Assembly (NCBI RefSeq): GCF_051414075.1
Contig: NZ_JBLKNY010000007.1
Coordinates: 12,706 to 52,705, forward strand
DNA: 40,000 nucleotides
Reading direction: 5' to 3'
Source: Halosimplex marinum
Lineage (GTDB): Archaea > Halobacteriota > Halobacteria > Halobacteriales > Haloarculaceae
Part shown: positions 24,210-33,010 of the stretch, one piece after another
Layout of the letters: each line of letters starts with the position of its first letter
How positions within the stretch are numbered: position 1 is the first letter of the stretch
The notes under the pieces: model-generated
Databases searched by the model: none
What the model was told of the DNA's origin: nothing
What the model saw: the letters and a program-made list of their open reading frames with translations, nothing else
Program-made: the position numbers and the translations under genes

Positions 24210-26498
24210 ATGGCGAGCACGCGCGACGACACGAGCGGCACCGACGGGTCCTCGCGGGGCCGCGACGAGACGGCCCGCGCGACCGACGACCCCATCGTCG
24301 AGGTGCGCAACGTCAGCGTCACCTACGACCTGCAGGCCCGCGACGCGATGGTGCTCGACGACGTGAGCCTCGACCTGCGCCGCGGGGAGATCCTCGGCTG
24401 TGTCGGGGAGTCCGGGTCGGGCAAGTCCATGCTCGCCAACGCGATGATGGACGCCGTCGAGGAGCCCGGGATCACCACCGGCGACGTGCGCTACTACCCC
24501 TCGGAGAACGCCGACCCGGTCCACGTCCTCGATCTTTCGGGCGACGATCTCAAGCAGTTCCGCTGGGAGGAGATCTCGATGGTCTTCCAGGGCGCCCTCT
24601 CCTCGTTCAACCCCACGATGACCATCGGCGGGCACTTCGAGGAGACGCTGGAGGCCCACGACTACGACGTCGACGAGGGCATGGAGCGGGCCCACCAGCT
24701 GCTGTCGGACCTGTATCTGGACCCCGAGCGCGTCCTGAACTCCTACGCCCACGAGCTGTCGGGCGGGATGAGCCAGCGGGCGCTGATCGCCCTGTCGCTC
24801 ATCCTCGAACCGGACGTGCTCCTGATGGACGAGCCGACCGCCGCGCTGGACCTGCTGATGCAGCGGTCGATCCTCTCCTTGCTCGACGACATCAAGGAGA
24901 AGTACGAGCTGTCGATCCTCTTCATCACGCACGACCTGCCGCTGGTCGCGGGGCTGGCCGACCGGCTGGCCATCCTCTACGCGTTCGAGCTGGCGGAGGT
25001 CGGGCCGAGCGAGCGGCTCGTCCGCGACTCCTCGCACCCCTACACCAGAGCACTGCTGAAGGCGGTACCGAACCTCGACGCACCCCTGGAGACGATGCAG
25101 CCGATCGAGGGGACCGCGCCGAACCCGGCGCACGTCCCGGACGGTTGCCACTACGCGCCGCGGTGTCCGCTGGCCGACGAGCGCTGCCACGAGGAGAAAC
25201 CGGAGTGGTACGACGCCGGCCCGGACCAGCGCTCGGCCTGCTTCTACCACGAGCGGGCCGACGAGGCCGTGCCGTTCGACGTGGAGGGCGTCGCCGAGGC
25301 CGTCGAGGCGACCGCCGACGAGGCCGATACCGACGACGCCGGCGCGTTCGGAGCCGGCGCGAGCGGTGGGAGCGGCGGGCGCGGCGCGCTCGCCGCACCG
25401 GACGACGAGACCGTCGTCTCGCTGGACGACGTGTCCATCCACTTCGAGGAGGAGCAGGGGCTGCTCGGGTCGCTGACCGGCGACCCCGAGACGGTCCACG
25501 CGGTCGACGACGTGTCCATCGACATCCCGGAGAACGACGTGCTGGCGCTGGTCGGCGAGTCGGGCTGCGGGAAAACGACGCTCGGCAAGGCGATCATCGG
25601 CGTCCAGCGGCCGACGGAGGGGACCGTCTCCTACCGCGGTCAGGACGTCTGGGACGCCAAGGACGGCGTCGGCGGCCCCGAGATCGAATACGGCGACATC
25701 CGCCGGGCGCTGCAGATTATCCACCAGGACCCGGGCGCGTCACTGAATCCCAACCAGAAGGTCGTCACCTCGCTGGAGGCGCCGCTGAAGCGCTGGAACC
25801 CCGAGCTGTCGACCGAGGACCGCCGGGCGCGCATCTACGCGCTGCTCGACCGGGTCGGAATGACCCCGCCCGAGGACTACGCCAACCGCTTCCCCCACCA
25901 GCTCTCGGGCGGGGAGCAACAGCGGGTGGCGCTCGTCCGCGCCCTGCTGATGAACCCGGACGTGATCCTCGCCGACGAGGCCGTCTCGGCGCTGGACGTG
26001 TCCCTGCGGGTGGAGACGATGGACCTGCTGCTCGAACTGCAGGAGCAGTTCAACACCTCCTTCGTCTTCATCTCGCACACGCTGTCGAACGCCCGCTACC
26101 TCGCGGAGAAGGCCGACGGCCGCATCGGGATCATGTACCTCGGTGAACTCGTCGAGGTCGGCCCGCCCGACGAGGTGCTCAACGACCCCCAGCACCCCTA
26201 CACGAAGGTGCTGCGGTGGGCGACGGCGAACTTAGACCCCAGCGACCAGGAGATGACCGAGCCGCCGGTCCGGTCGATCGACATTCCGGACCCCGTCGAC
26301 CCGCCGACGGGCTGTCGGTTCCACACCCGCTGTCCGGAGGCCCGCGAGGCCTGCGTGAGCGAGGCGCCGGACCTGGACGAGTCGGGGTCCGGCGAGCGCG
26401 CGGTCGCGTGCCACCGGGCGGACCCGAACCACCCCTACTGGGACAGCGAACCTCTGGAGGGCGTCGACGCCGCGGAGTCGCCGAACGCCGGGGACTGA
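24210..26498 (+). CDS. Fused double ABC ATPase (DppD-DppF-type fusion)
   Basis: Two complete nucleotide-binding domains: GESGSGKS / LSGGMSQR / LLMDEPT, and GESGCGKT / LSGGEQQR / ILADEAV. They are joined by an acidic Gly/Ala linker, and each is followed by a Cys-containing oligopeptide-type C-terminal segment. Confidence 0.9.
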   Translation: MASTRDDTSGTDGSSRGRDETARATDDPIVEVRNVSVTYDLQARDAMVLDDVSLDLRRGEILGCVGESGSGKSMLANAMMDAVEEPGITTGDVRYYPSENADPVHVLDLSGDDLKQFRWEEISMVFQGALSSFNPTMTIGGHFEETLEAHDYDVDEGMERAHQLLSDLYLDPERVLNSYAHELSGGMSQRALIALSLILEPDVLLMDEPTAALDLLMQRSILSLLDDIKEKYELSILFITHDLPLVAGLADRLAILYAFELAEVGPSERLVRDSSHPYTRALLKAVPNLDAPLETMQPIEGTAPNPAHVPDGCHYAPRCPLADERCHEEKPEWYDAGPDQRSACFYHERADEAVPFDVEGVAEAVEATADEADTDDAGAFGAGASGGSGGRGALAAPDDETVVSLDDVSIHFEEEQGLLGSLTGDPETVHAVDDVSIDIPENDVLALVGESGCGKTTLGKAIIGVQRPTEGTVSYRGQDVWDAKDGVGGPEIEYGDIRRALQIIHQDPGASLNPNQKVVTSLEAPLKRWNPELSTEDRRARIYALLDRVGMTPPEDYANRFPHQLSGGEQQRVALVRALLMNPDVILADEAVSALDVSLRVETMDLLLELQEQFNTSFVFISHTLSNARYLAEKADGRIGIMYLGELVEVGPPDEVLNDPQHPYTKVLRWATANLDPSDQEMTEPPVRSIDIPDPVDPPTGCRFHTRCPEAREACVSEAPDLDESGSGERAVACHRADPNHPYWDSEPLEGVDAAESPNAGD

Positions 26499-26621
26499 CG
26501 ATGGCGGTCCCGCCCGCCCGGCCGCGGGCCGCTCTGACATGCGGCGGCCCGGCGCGGGGTCGGGCGGTGGCGGGACCATGAAGTGCCCGGCCGTCGATCA
26601 CCGCGTACGGAGGACGTGGGT

Positions 26622-26819
26622 GTGACGACAGTCTGGCGCGCGTTCCTGACGGCGAGCGCCGTGTTGCTGGGGTTCCTGGTCCTGGCGGTCCCGTTCGTCG
26701 AGCGGGGGACCGGGACCTTCGTGATCTCGGTGGTGAGCTTCGCGATGCTCGCCGTGGTGTTCGTCGCCTCGGCGGTGTTCATCCGCCTCGACTGGGACCC
26801 CTTCGAGGAGCTGTGGTGA
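26622..26819 (+). CDS. Small two-helix membrane protein
   Basis: VTTVWRAFLTASAVLLGFLVLAVPFV...FVISVVSFAMLAVVFVASAVFI, with very high third-position GC. GTG 26622 lies 7-8 nt after GGAGGA; the tracked ORF starts at 26583. Confidence 0.5.
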   Translation: MTTVWRAFLTASAVLLGFLVLAVPFVERGTGTFVISVVSFAMLAVVFVASAVFIRLDWDPFEELW

Positions 26820-26910
26820 GCGGCCGCGGCGGACGACGGGAGCGGCGAAGCCGCCGATCGAATATGCAAGAGGAACAACCATACGTGAGACCGATCAACG
26901 GACCGATATC

Positions 26911-27969
26911 ATGACCGACGAAGGGATCGATGACGGGACACTCAGGGACGAGCTGAACGTGTTCGGCTTCTCGGACACGGAGATCGACACCTACCTGGCG
27001 ATCCTCGAACAGGGCGAGACGACGGTGCGGACCGTCGCGGAGGCGGCGGACGTGACCCAGCGGGCGGTGTACAACATCGCCGAGCGCCTGGAGGACCGCA
27101 ACCTCGTCGTCGTCAACGACCACGCCTCGCCGACGACGATCCGGGCGCGGCCGCCCGAGGAGGCCATCGACGCGCTGTCGAACCGCCTCGAATCCATCAC
27201 CCCGACGCTGGAGGAGCGGTTCAACCGGACTGAGCCCCAGACGCCGGAGATCCAGATCATCAAGGCCCGCGAGACGGCGGTCAAGCGCCTCCGGAGGGGG
27301 ATCTCCGAGGCCGACCACGAGGTGCTCGTGGCGGTCCCCGGCCACTCCTACGAGGACATCGAGCCGGAGCTGCGGGACGCGGTCGACCGGGGCGTGCTCG
27401 TCTTCCTGCTCGTCGGCGGCATGGCCGACATCGACGCCGACGAGCTGGGGCTCGACGAGACGGCCGCGGTCGTCCGCTCGTGGTCCGAGAGCCTGCCGTT
27501 CATGTACGCCGCCGACGACGAGGCGGCGATGATCGGCCACTCGGGGATCCTCTCGGGCACCCACGTCGACAAGGAGGCGGTCACCGTCACGCAGGACAAC
27601 CTCGCCGGGGCGATCGTCGGGCTGTACTTCGGCGCCTACTGGCCGGCGGCGACCGAGGTCCACGTCCGCGAACCCGGCGAGCTCCCGCGGACCTTCGAGT
27701 GGTTCCGCCACTCCGTGCTGGAGGCCGTCCTCCACCGCCGCGAGGGCACGGAACTGGAGGCCGTCGTCCGGACCGACGAGGGCCCCGAGGTCGCCGGTCG
27801 GGTCAGCCAGGTCCGCCAGGCGTTCGTCGAGCCGTCGACCAACGACTACACGCTGGAGACCAGCCTCTATCTGGAGACCGACGGCGGCGAGGTCAGCGTC
27901 GGCGGCCCCGGCTCGTTCATCGAGGAGTACGAGGGCGACGTGGTGACGCTGCGCCCGGCCGACGAGTAG
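26911..27969 (+). CDS. TrmB-family sugar-responsive transcription regulator
   Basis: N-terminal wHTH LNVFGFSDTEIDTYLAILEQGETTVRTVAEAADVTQRAVYNIAERLEDRNLV, plus a roughly 250-aa effector domain. It sits next to the sugar ABC/GH13 genes. Confidence 0.85.
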   Translation: MTDEGIDDGTLRDELNVFGFSDTEIDTYLAILEQGETTVRTVAEAADVTQRAVYNIAERLEDRNLVVVNDHASPTTIRARPPEEAIDALSNRLESITPTLEERFNRTEPQTPEIQIIKARETAVKRLRRGISEADHEVLVAVPGHSYEDIEPELRDAVDRGVLVFLLVGGMADIDADELGLDETAAVVRSWSESLPFMYAADDEAAMIGHSGILSGTHVDKEAVTVTQDNLAGAIVGLYFGAYWPAATEVHVREPGELPRTFEWFRHSVLEAVLHRREGTELEAVVRTDEGPEVAGRVSQVRQAFVEPSTNDYTLETSLYLETDGGEVSVGGPGSFIEEYEGDVVTLRPADE

Positions 27970-28056
27970 TCGCGGTCTCGATGGTTTTTCCCGGTTTTCC
28001 AGTACCCGAATACGTTCGGCACAACCCCTGGAAGCGTCGGCGCCGTAGGTCCGTGC

Positions 28057-28329
28057 ATGTCCACCGGACTGAACCCCGAGGCGGTCGTCGCCGAGACCGG
28101 CGCCCCCCGCGACGCGCCGCGGGAGACGCTGGACGTTCGCGACCTGGGACCGCCGAAGCCGCTGGCGAATACCCTCGAACGGCTGGTCGAACTGGACGAC
28201 GAGACGGTGCTGGTCCAGTTCAACGACCGCGCGCCCCAGCACCTCTACCCCAAGCTCGACGACCGCGGCTACGAGTACGCGACCGTCGAGCGCGACGGCG
28301 TCACCGTCACGACGATCTGGCGGGCATGA
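28057..28329 (+). CDS. DUF2249-domain protein
   Basis: LDVRDLGPPKPLANTLERLVELDDETVLVQFNDRAPQHLYPKLDDRGYEY matches the DUF2249 pattern (D.R.l.pp.p...i......l..g..l.l..d..P..L). Confidence 0.75.
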   Translation: MSTGLNPEAVVAETGAPRDAPRETLDVRDLGPPKPLANTLERLVELDDETVLVQFNDRAPQHLYPKLDDRGYEYATVERDGVTVTTIWRA

Positions 28330-28844
28330 CCGGCGCGTCGTCGACCGGCGGGACCGAGGGCGCCGACTCCGACGCCGCCGGCGCCGCGGAGCCTCCCGCC
28401 GACCCGGCTGTCAAGACGACCGAATCGGACGGCGAGACGACCGAATCGGACGGTGAGACGACCGAACCGGACGGCGAGACGACCGAACCGGACGGCGAGA
28501 CGACCGAACCGGACGGCGAGACGACCGAACCGGACGGCGAGACGACCGAACCGGACGGCGAGACGACCGAACCGGACGGCGAGACGCCCGATCCCGACGC
28601 GGCTCGCGCCCGGATCCGCGAGCGGGCAAGCGAGGTCCGCGAGCGGGAGGTCGAGACGGCGCTCGCGAGGCTCGACGCCCGGGGCGACCTCCCGGATCGG
28701 GACCGCGAGGCGGTCGAACGACTCGCCGACCGGCTGGTCGCCCGCCTGCTGGCCGCCCCCGAGCGGAGCCTCCGGGCGGCTGCCGAGGGCGACGACCACG
28801 ACCCCGAGACCGTCGCGACGGCGCTGTCGCTGTTCGGCGAGTAG
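28326..28844 (+). CDS. Acidic repeat protein with stand-alone glutamyl-tRNA-reductase C-terminal (dimerisation) domain homology
   Basis: ATG 28326 overlaps the DUF2249 stop (ATGA). It contains 8 x TTE[SP]DGE. The C-terminus ALARLDARGDLPDRDREAVERLADRLVARLLAAPERSLRAAAEGDDHDPETVATALSLFG aligns by eye to the HemA C-terminus (...[24 protein letters not shown]...). Confidence 0.7.
   Translation: MTGASSTGGTEGADSDAAGAAEPPADPAVKTTESDGETTESDGETTEPDGETTEPDGETTEPDGETTEPDGETTEPDGETTEPDGETPDPDAARARIRERASEVREREVETALARLDARGDLPDRDREAVERLADRLVARLLAAPERSLRAAAEGDDHDPETVATALSLFGE
28416..28583. repeat. 8 x 21-bp perfect/near-perfect tandem repeat (in-frame, encodes TTE[S/P]DGE)
   Basis: The unit acgaccgaaccggacggcgag occurs six times identically (28458..28583). 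Two variant copies precede it (28416..28457, with 1 and 2 mismatches). Confidence 0.95.
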
Positions 28845-28906
28845 GGCGCTTTCGCCGCTGTCGCTGTTCTCGCGATACGGCGAGAAACCGAGTCGGAGAG
28901 CCCCGC

Positions 28907-29200
28907 TCAGCCCTCGGCGAGGACGAGCAGGGCGACGCTGTCCTCGCGGGCCCGCGGGGAGATGTCCTGGTCGCCGGAGAACCGGGCGGCGTCGCCGGCG
29001 GCCAGTTCGACCGTCTCGTCGCCGAGGGTCATCTCGATCTCGCCGTCGACGACGTAGCAGACGATCTCCCTGTCGGGGTGCTGGTGGGGCGGGACGCGGT
29101 CGCCGGCGTCCAGCGCGAGTCGAACGGTCTTCGGCGCGCCCTCGAAGAGGACGCCACGCCCGTCGCCGTCCAGATCGGGGAGGTGGACGACCTCGCTCAT
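28907..29200 (-). CDS. Cupin-domain protein
   Basis: 97 aa from ATG 29200: ...RVPPHQHPDREIVCYVVDGEIEMTLGDETVELAAGDAARF. This is the cupin HxH...E / G...P..H pattern. Confidence 0.8.
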   Translation of the reverse strand: MSEVVHLPDLDGDGRGVLFEGAPKTVRLALDAGDRVPPHQHPDREIVCYVVDGEIEMTLGDETVELAAGDAARFSGDQDISPRAREDSVALLVLAEG

Positions 29201-29430
29201 TCCTTCGGGAGGTCCGCGACGAACTCGTCGGTATCGCGGCGCTCGACCGAGTAGTTCTCGGCGTCGAACTCCTCTACCTCGGCCTGGAACTCGTAGAACA
29301 GCGGCTTCGGTTCGTGGTCGTTGACGATCCGTAGCGTCTCGCCGCTGTCCAGATCCTGGAAGGCCTCGTGGATCATCGGGTGGCGCTCCGGCGGCGGCAC
29401 GTCCCGGATGTCGAGCGTTGTCGCTGGCAT
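29197..29430 (-). CDS. DUF2249-domain protein
   Basis: From ATG 29430: MPATTLDIRDVPPPERHPMIHEAFQDLDSGETLRIVNDHEPKPLFYEF. Its stop overlaps the cupin start (ATGA at 29197..29200). Confidence 0.75.
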   Translation of the reverse strand: MPATTLDIRDVPPPERHPMIHEAFQDLDSGETLRIVNDHEPKPLFYEFQAEVEEFDAENYSVERRDTDEFVADLPKE

Positions 29431-29554
29431 ACGTCCGACGGTTGGCCGCCCGCACGCCTCTCCCTTTGCCCGAATATGTTCGTCCGTGCCGACAGCGTTT
29501 CGGCCGAGCGCGTTCGCCACCAGATTGAGGGGGCGAGCGGACGAGGTCGGGGAT

Positions 29555-30742
29555 ATGTCGGCGACGCTCTCGCGGTGGTCGCGGGCGCTGGTCGCGGCCG
29601 GCGTCTGCTGGCTGGTCGCCTGGCAGGCGGCCGCGCTCGCGGGGCTCCCGCGGCGGACGACGGTCGCGCTCGGCCTCTACGGGTTCGTCCTGAGCGTCGT
29701 CTTCGGGAAGGCGTACTCGCTGGTGCCCTCCTACTTCGACCGGTCGCTGGCGTGGCCGCGGGCGCCCGCGGTCCACCTGCCGCTGGCGGTCGGCGGGACC
29801 GCCGGGCTCGCCCTGGCGCCGCTGGCGGGAGTGCCGGCCGTGGTGGGACCACTCGGGGCGGCGGCGTGGGCGGCCGGCGTCGCGGTCTTCGTCGCGACGC
29901 TCGCCTGGACCGTCCGCGACAACCCGACCGGCGCGGAGACCGGGACGGGCGACCACAACGCCGACCGGCGGCCCGTCGACCGCGCCGCGAACCGGTTCGT
30001 CCCGGTCGTCCTCGCGTACCTCGCCGTCGGGTCGTGGGAGACGCTGGCCGCCCGGGTCGCCGTCGCGCCCGCAGTCCTCGACGGCTACCCGCCGCGGGCG
30101 ACGCACCTGCTGGCCGCCGGCGGCGCCGCGCTGTTGCTGTTCGCCGTCGGCTTCCGCCTCCTGCCCCGTTTTCTCGTCGCCGACCTCCCGTCGTGGGTGC
30201 CGTGGGCCGTCCTGCCGCCGGGGGCCGTCGGCCCCGCGCTGCTGGCCGCGGGGTTGCCCGCCGGTCCCGTCTTCCGCGCCGGGGCAGTCCTCGAAGCCGT
30301 CGCCGTGGCCGGGTTCGCCGCGGCGTACGTCCGGCTCTACCGCGCCAGCGACCGCGACCGGGTGGGCTTTCTCGGCCCGCTGCTGGGGGTCGGGTTCGGC
30401 GCCCTCGCCGTCGCGCTCGGCCTGTCGTTCGCATTCGGCGCCGTTGACCCGGCGCTGGTCACAGCCCACTACCGGCTGAACCTGCTCGGCTTCCTCGGGC
30501 TGTCGGTCGCCGGGGTCACGTTCCAGTTCTACCCGCCGACGGTCGGACGGTTCCCCGGCGCGGGCGACGCACTCGCGCGAGCCGCGATGGGACTAATCGC
30601 CGTCGGGCTCGTCCTCGAACTCCTCGCCGCGGTGGTCCCGGTCGCGCTCCTCCCGACGGCGGGCCGGACGCTCGCGCTCGCCGGTGCGGTCGCGTACGCC
30701 TACCTCGTCCTCGGCGTGTTCGTCCAGCGGGCGCGGGACTGA
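29555..30742 (+). CDS. Polytopic (about 10-12 TM) membrane protein of unknown function, directly upstream of cytochrome oxidase subunit I
   Basis: 395 aa from ATG 29555 in tracked ORF 29321..30742, made of continuous hydrophobic segments. A remote NnrS-like character is only a guess. Confidence 0.65.
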   Translation: MSATLSRWSRALVAAGVCWLVAWQAAALAGLPRRTTVALGLYGFVLSVVFGKAYSLVPSYFDRSLAWPRAPAVHLPLAVGGTAGLALAPLAGVPAVVGPLGAAAWAAGVAVFVATLAWTVRDNPTGAETGTGDHNADRRPVDRAANRFVPVVLAYLAVGSWETLAARVAVAPAVLDGYPPRATHLLAAGGAALLLFAVGFRLLPRFLVADLPSWVPWAVLPPGAVGPALLAAGLPAGPVFRAGAVLEAVAVAGFAAAYVRLYRASDRDRVGFLGPLLGVGFGALAVALGLSFAFGAVDPALVTAHYRLNLLGFLGLSVAGVTFQFYPPTVGRFPGAGDALARAAMGLIAVGLVLELLAAVVPVALLPTAGRTLALAGAVAYAYLVLGVFVQRARD

Positions 30743-30835
30743 TCCGTCGACTGCCCGTCCACTGCACCCCGGAAAAAGCGGCCCGAACACGTTCCCGAGA
30801 AGACCCACGAGGGTTGGGGGTGAATCCCCCCGCAC

Positions 30836-32659
30836 ATGGCCGATATCGCGACACTGACGCTGTCGGGGCTGACGGCAGCGTTTCTGCTGGGCGTGTTCGT
30901 CTGGGTCGTACGGCTGGAGGACTGGCGGTCGTACACGCCGACCGTCGGCGGCGGAACCGGCGCCGGCGGGTACGGCACCGGCGAGGAGCAGGCGCACAAG
31001 CCGAGCGGCATCGTCCGCTGGCTGACGACCGTCGACCACAAGGACATCGGGCTGATGTACGGCACCTTCGCCGTCCTCGCGTTCGCCTGGGGCGGGATCG
31101 CCGTCATGCTGATGCGGCTCGAACTGGTCACGCCGACCTCGAACTTCATCGAGAGCAGCCTCTACAACGGGCTGCTGACGAGCCACGGGATCACGATGCT
31201 ATTCTTGTTCGGGACGCCGATGCTCGCGGCGTTCTCGAACTACTTCGTCCCGCTCCTGATCGGCGCCGACGACATGGCGTTCCCGCGGATCAACGCCATC
31301 GCCTTCTGGTTGCTCCCGCCGGGGGCGCTCCTCATCTGGGCCGGGTTCTTCCTGCCGAGCCTCGCGCCCGCCCAGACGGCCTGGACGATGTACACCCCGC
31401 TCTCGATCGAGCAGCCCAACCCCGCCGTCGACCTGATGCTGCTCGGGCTGCACCTCACCGGAGTCTCGGCGACGATGGGCGCGATCAACTTCATCGCGAC
31501 CATCGTCACCGAGCGCGACGAGTCGGTCAGCTGGGCGAACCTCGACATCTTCTCGTGGACCGTCCTCACCCAGTCCGGGCAGATCATCTTCGCGTTCCCC
31601 CTGCTCGGGAGCGCCCTGATCATGTTGCTACTCGACCGCAACCTCGGGACGACGTTCTTCATGACGGGGGAGGGCGGCGGGCCGATCCTCTGGCAACACC
31701 TCTTCTGGTTCTTCGGCCACCCCGAGGTGTACATCCTCGTGCTCCCGCCGATGGGCCTCATCAGTTACATTCTCCCGAAGTTCACCGGCCGGAAGCTGTT
31801 CGGCTTCAAGTTCGTCGTCTACTCGACGCTGGCGCTGGGGGTGCTCTCGTTCGGCGTCTGGGCCCACCACATGTTCGCGACCGGCATCGACCCGCGCCTG
31901 CGCGCCTCCTTTATGGCCGTGTCGCTGGCCGTCGCGGTCCCGTCGGCGGTCAAGACGTTCAACTGGATCGCGACGATGTGGAACGGCCGTCTGCGGCTCA
32001 CCGCCCCCTTCCTGTTCTGCGTCGGGTTCATCGCGAACTTCATCATCGGCGGGGTGACGGGCGTCTTCGAGGCGTCGATCCCGGTCGATATGCTGTTGCA
32101 CGACACCTACCACGTCGTCGCGCACTTTCACTACGTCATCATGGGCGCCATCGCCTTCGCCGTCTTCGCGGGCATCTACTACTGGTTCCCCATCTACACC
32201 GGCCGGATGTACCAGCAGACGCTGGCGAAGTGGCACTTCTGGCTGACGATGGTCGGGACCAACCTCACCTTCTTCCCGATGATCATCCTCGGATACGCGG
32301 GGATGCCCCGCCGGTACGCCACCTACGCCGTCGAAGCCGGGCCGGAACTGCTGTTCACCGCCCTGCACCGCTCGGCGACGCTCGGCGCGCTCCTGCTCGC
32401 GTTCGGCCAGATCATCTTTGTCTGGAACCTCGTCCAGTCCTGGCTGGAGGGCCCGAAGGTCACCGACGGCGACCCGTGGGACCTCAAGGAGACCGACCAG
32501 CACGGCCGCGAGTGGGCCTGGTTCGAACGCCAGCAGGAGACCGCGCTCGCGACCGACGGCGGTCGCGCGAGCGACGCGAGCGGGACCTCGTCGGACGAGT
32601 CCGACGGCGGCGAGGTGACGGGGAGCGACGGAGCGGCCGCCGACCGCGCCGGCGGCTGA
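30836..32659 (+). CDS. coxA: Heme-copper (A-type) cytochrome c oxidase subunit I
   Basis: WLTTVDHKDIGLMYG, DDMAFPRINA, WFFGHPEVYILVLP, WAHHMFATG, VVAHFHYVIMG. An acidic C-terminal tail is present. Confidence 0.95.
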   Translation: MADIATLTLSGLTAAFLLGVFVWVVRLEDWRSYTPTVGGGTGAGGYGTGEEQAHKPSGIVRWLTTVDHKDIGLMYGTFAVLAFAWGGIAVMLMRLELVTPTSNFIESSLYNGLLTSHGITMLFLFGTPMLAAFSNYFVPLLIGADDMAFPRINAIAFWLLPPGALLIWAGFFLPSLAPAQTAWTMYTPLSIEQPNPAVDLMLLGLHLTGVSATMGAINFIATIVTERDESVSWANLDIFSWTVLTQSGQIIFAFPLLGSALIMLLLDRNLGTTFFMTGEGGGPILWQHLFWFFGHPEVYILVLPPMGLISYILPKFTGRKLFGFKFVVYSTLALGVLSFGVWAHHMFATGIDPRLRASFMAVSLAVAVPSAVKTFNWIATMWNGRLRLTAPFLFCVGFIANFIIGGVTGVFEASIPVDMLLHDTYHVVAHFHYVIMGAIAFAVFAGIYYWFPIYTGRMYQQTLAKWHFWLTMVGTNLTFFPMIILGYAGMPRRYATYAVEAGPELLFTALHRSATLGALLLAFGQIIFVWNLVQSWLEGPKVTDGDPWDLKETDQHGREWAWFERQQETALATDGGRASDASGTSSDESDGGEVTGSDGAAADRAGG

Positions 32660-33010
32660 CCGGCGACGCGCCATCGCCGAGAAACGTTCAGTTGATCCGA
32701 AGCGATACGGGCAACTGTCCGCTCTCGTCCCGATAGTTCCCGTACTTGTGTGGCCCCTCGCCACCGTTCCAGACGCTCGTGGTCCCATCATCTCCCACTT
32801 CGCTTGCATATATGGGCATCATGTTTCGTATGTGTGTTGAGGAAGTCCTTATTTGTCACTTTCCCTGGTCGGTGACTTGCGACCGGGATATACCGTTGGC
32901 AACCCCGTCGGACCTTCACCTGGGGCGTCGGGTCGGGCTTGTACTGTCCGGTCAATTGGTAAAAGTTTTCTCGCGTACGGGAGAGTGTCCGCGGGAGGGT
33001 GAACGGTCTG

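Noticed and set aside
28416-28583. Possible CRISPR array, because of perfectly repeated units.
   Set aside because: The units are directly adjacent with no spacers, only 21 bp long, and in frame within a coding sequence. This is a coding tandem repeat, not a CRISPR array.
28411-29334. Arg-rich repeat ORFs (RRPVRSS and RRPNRTA repeats) in other frames or on the other strand.
   Set aside because: They are alternative-frame readings of the 21-bp tandem repeat. The acidic TTEPDGE frame continues into a domain with recognisable GluTR C-terminal homology and fits haloarchaeal composition.
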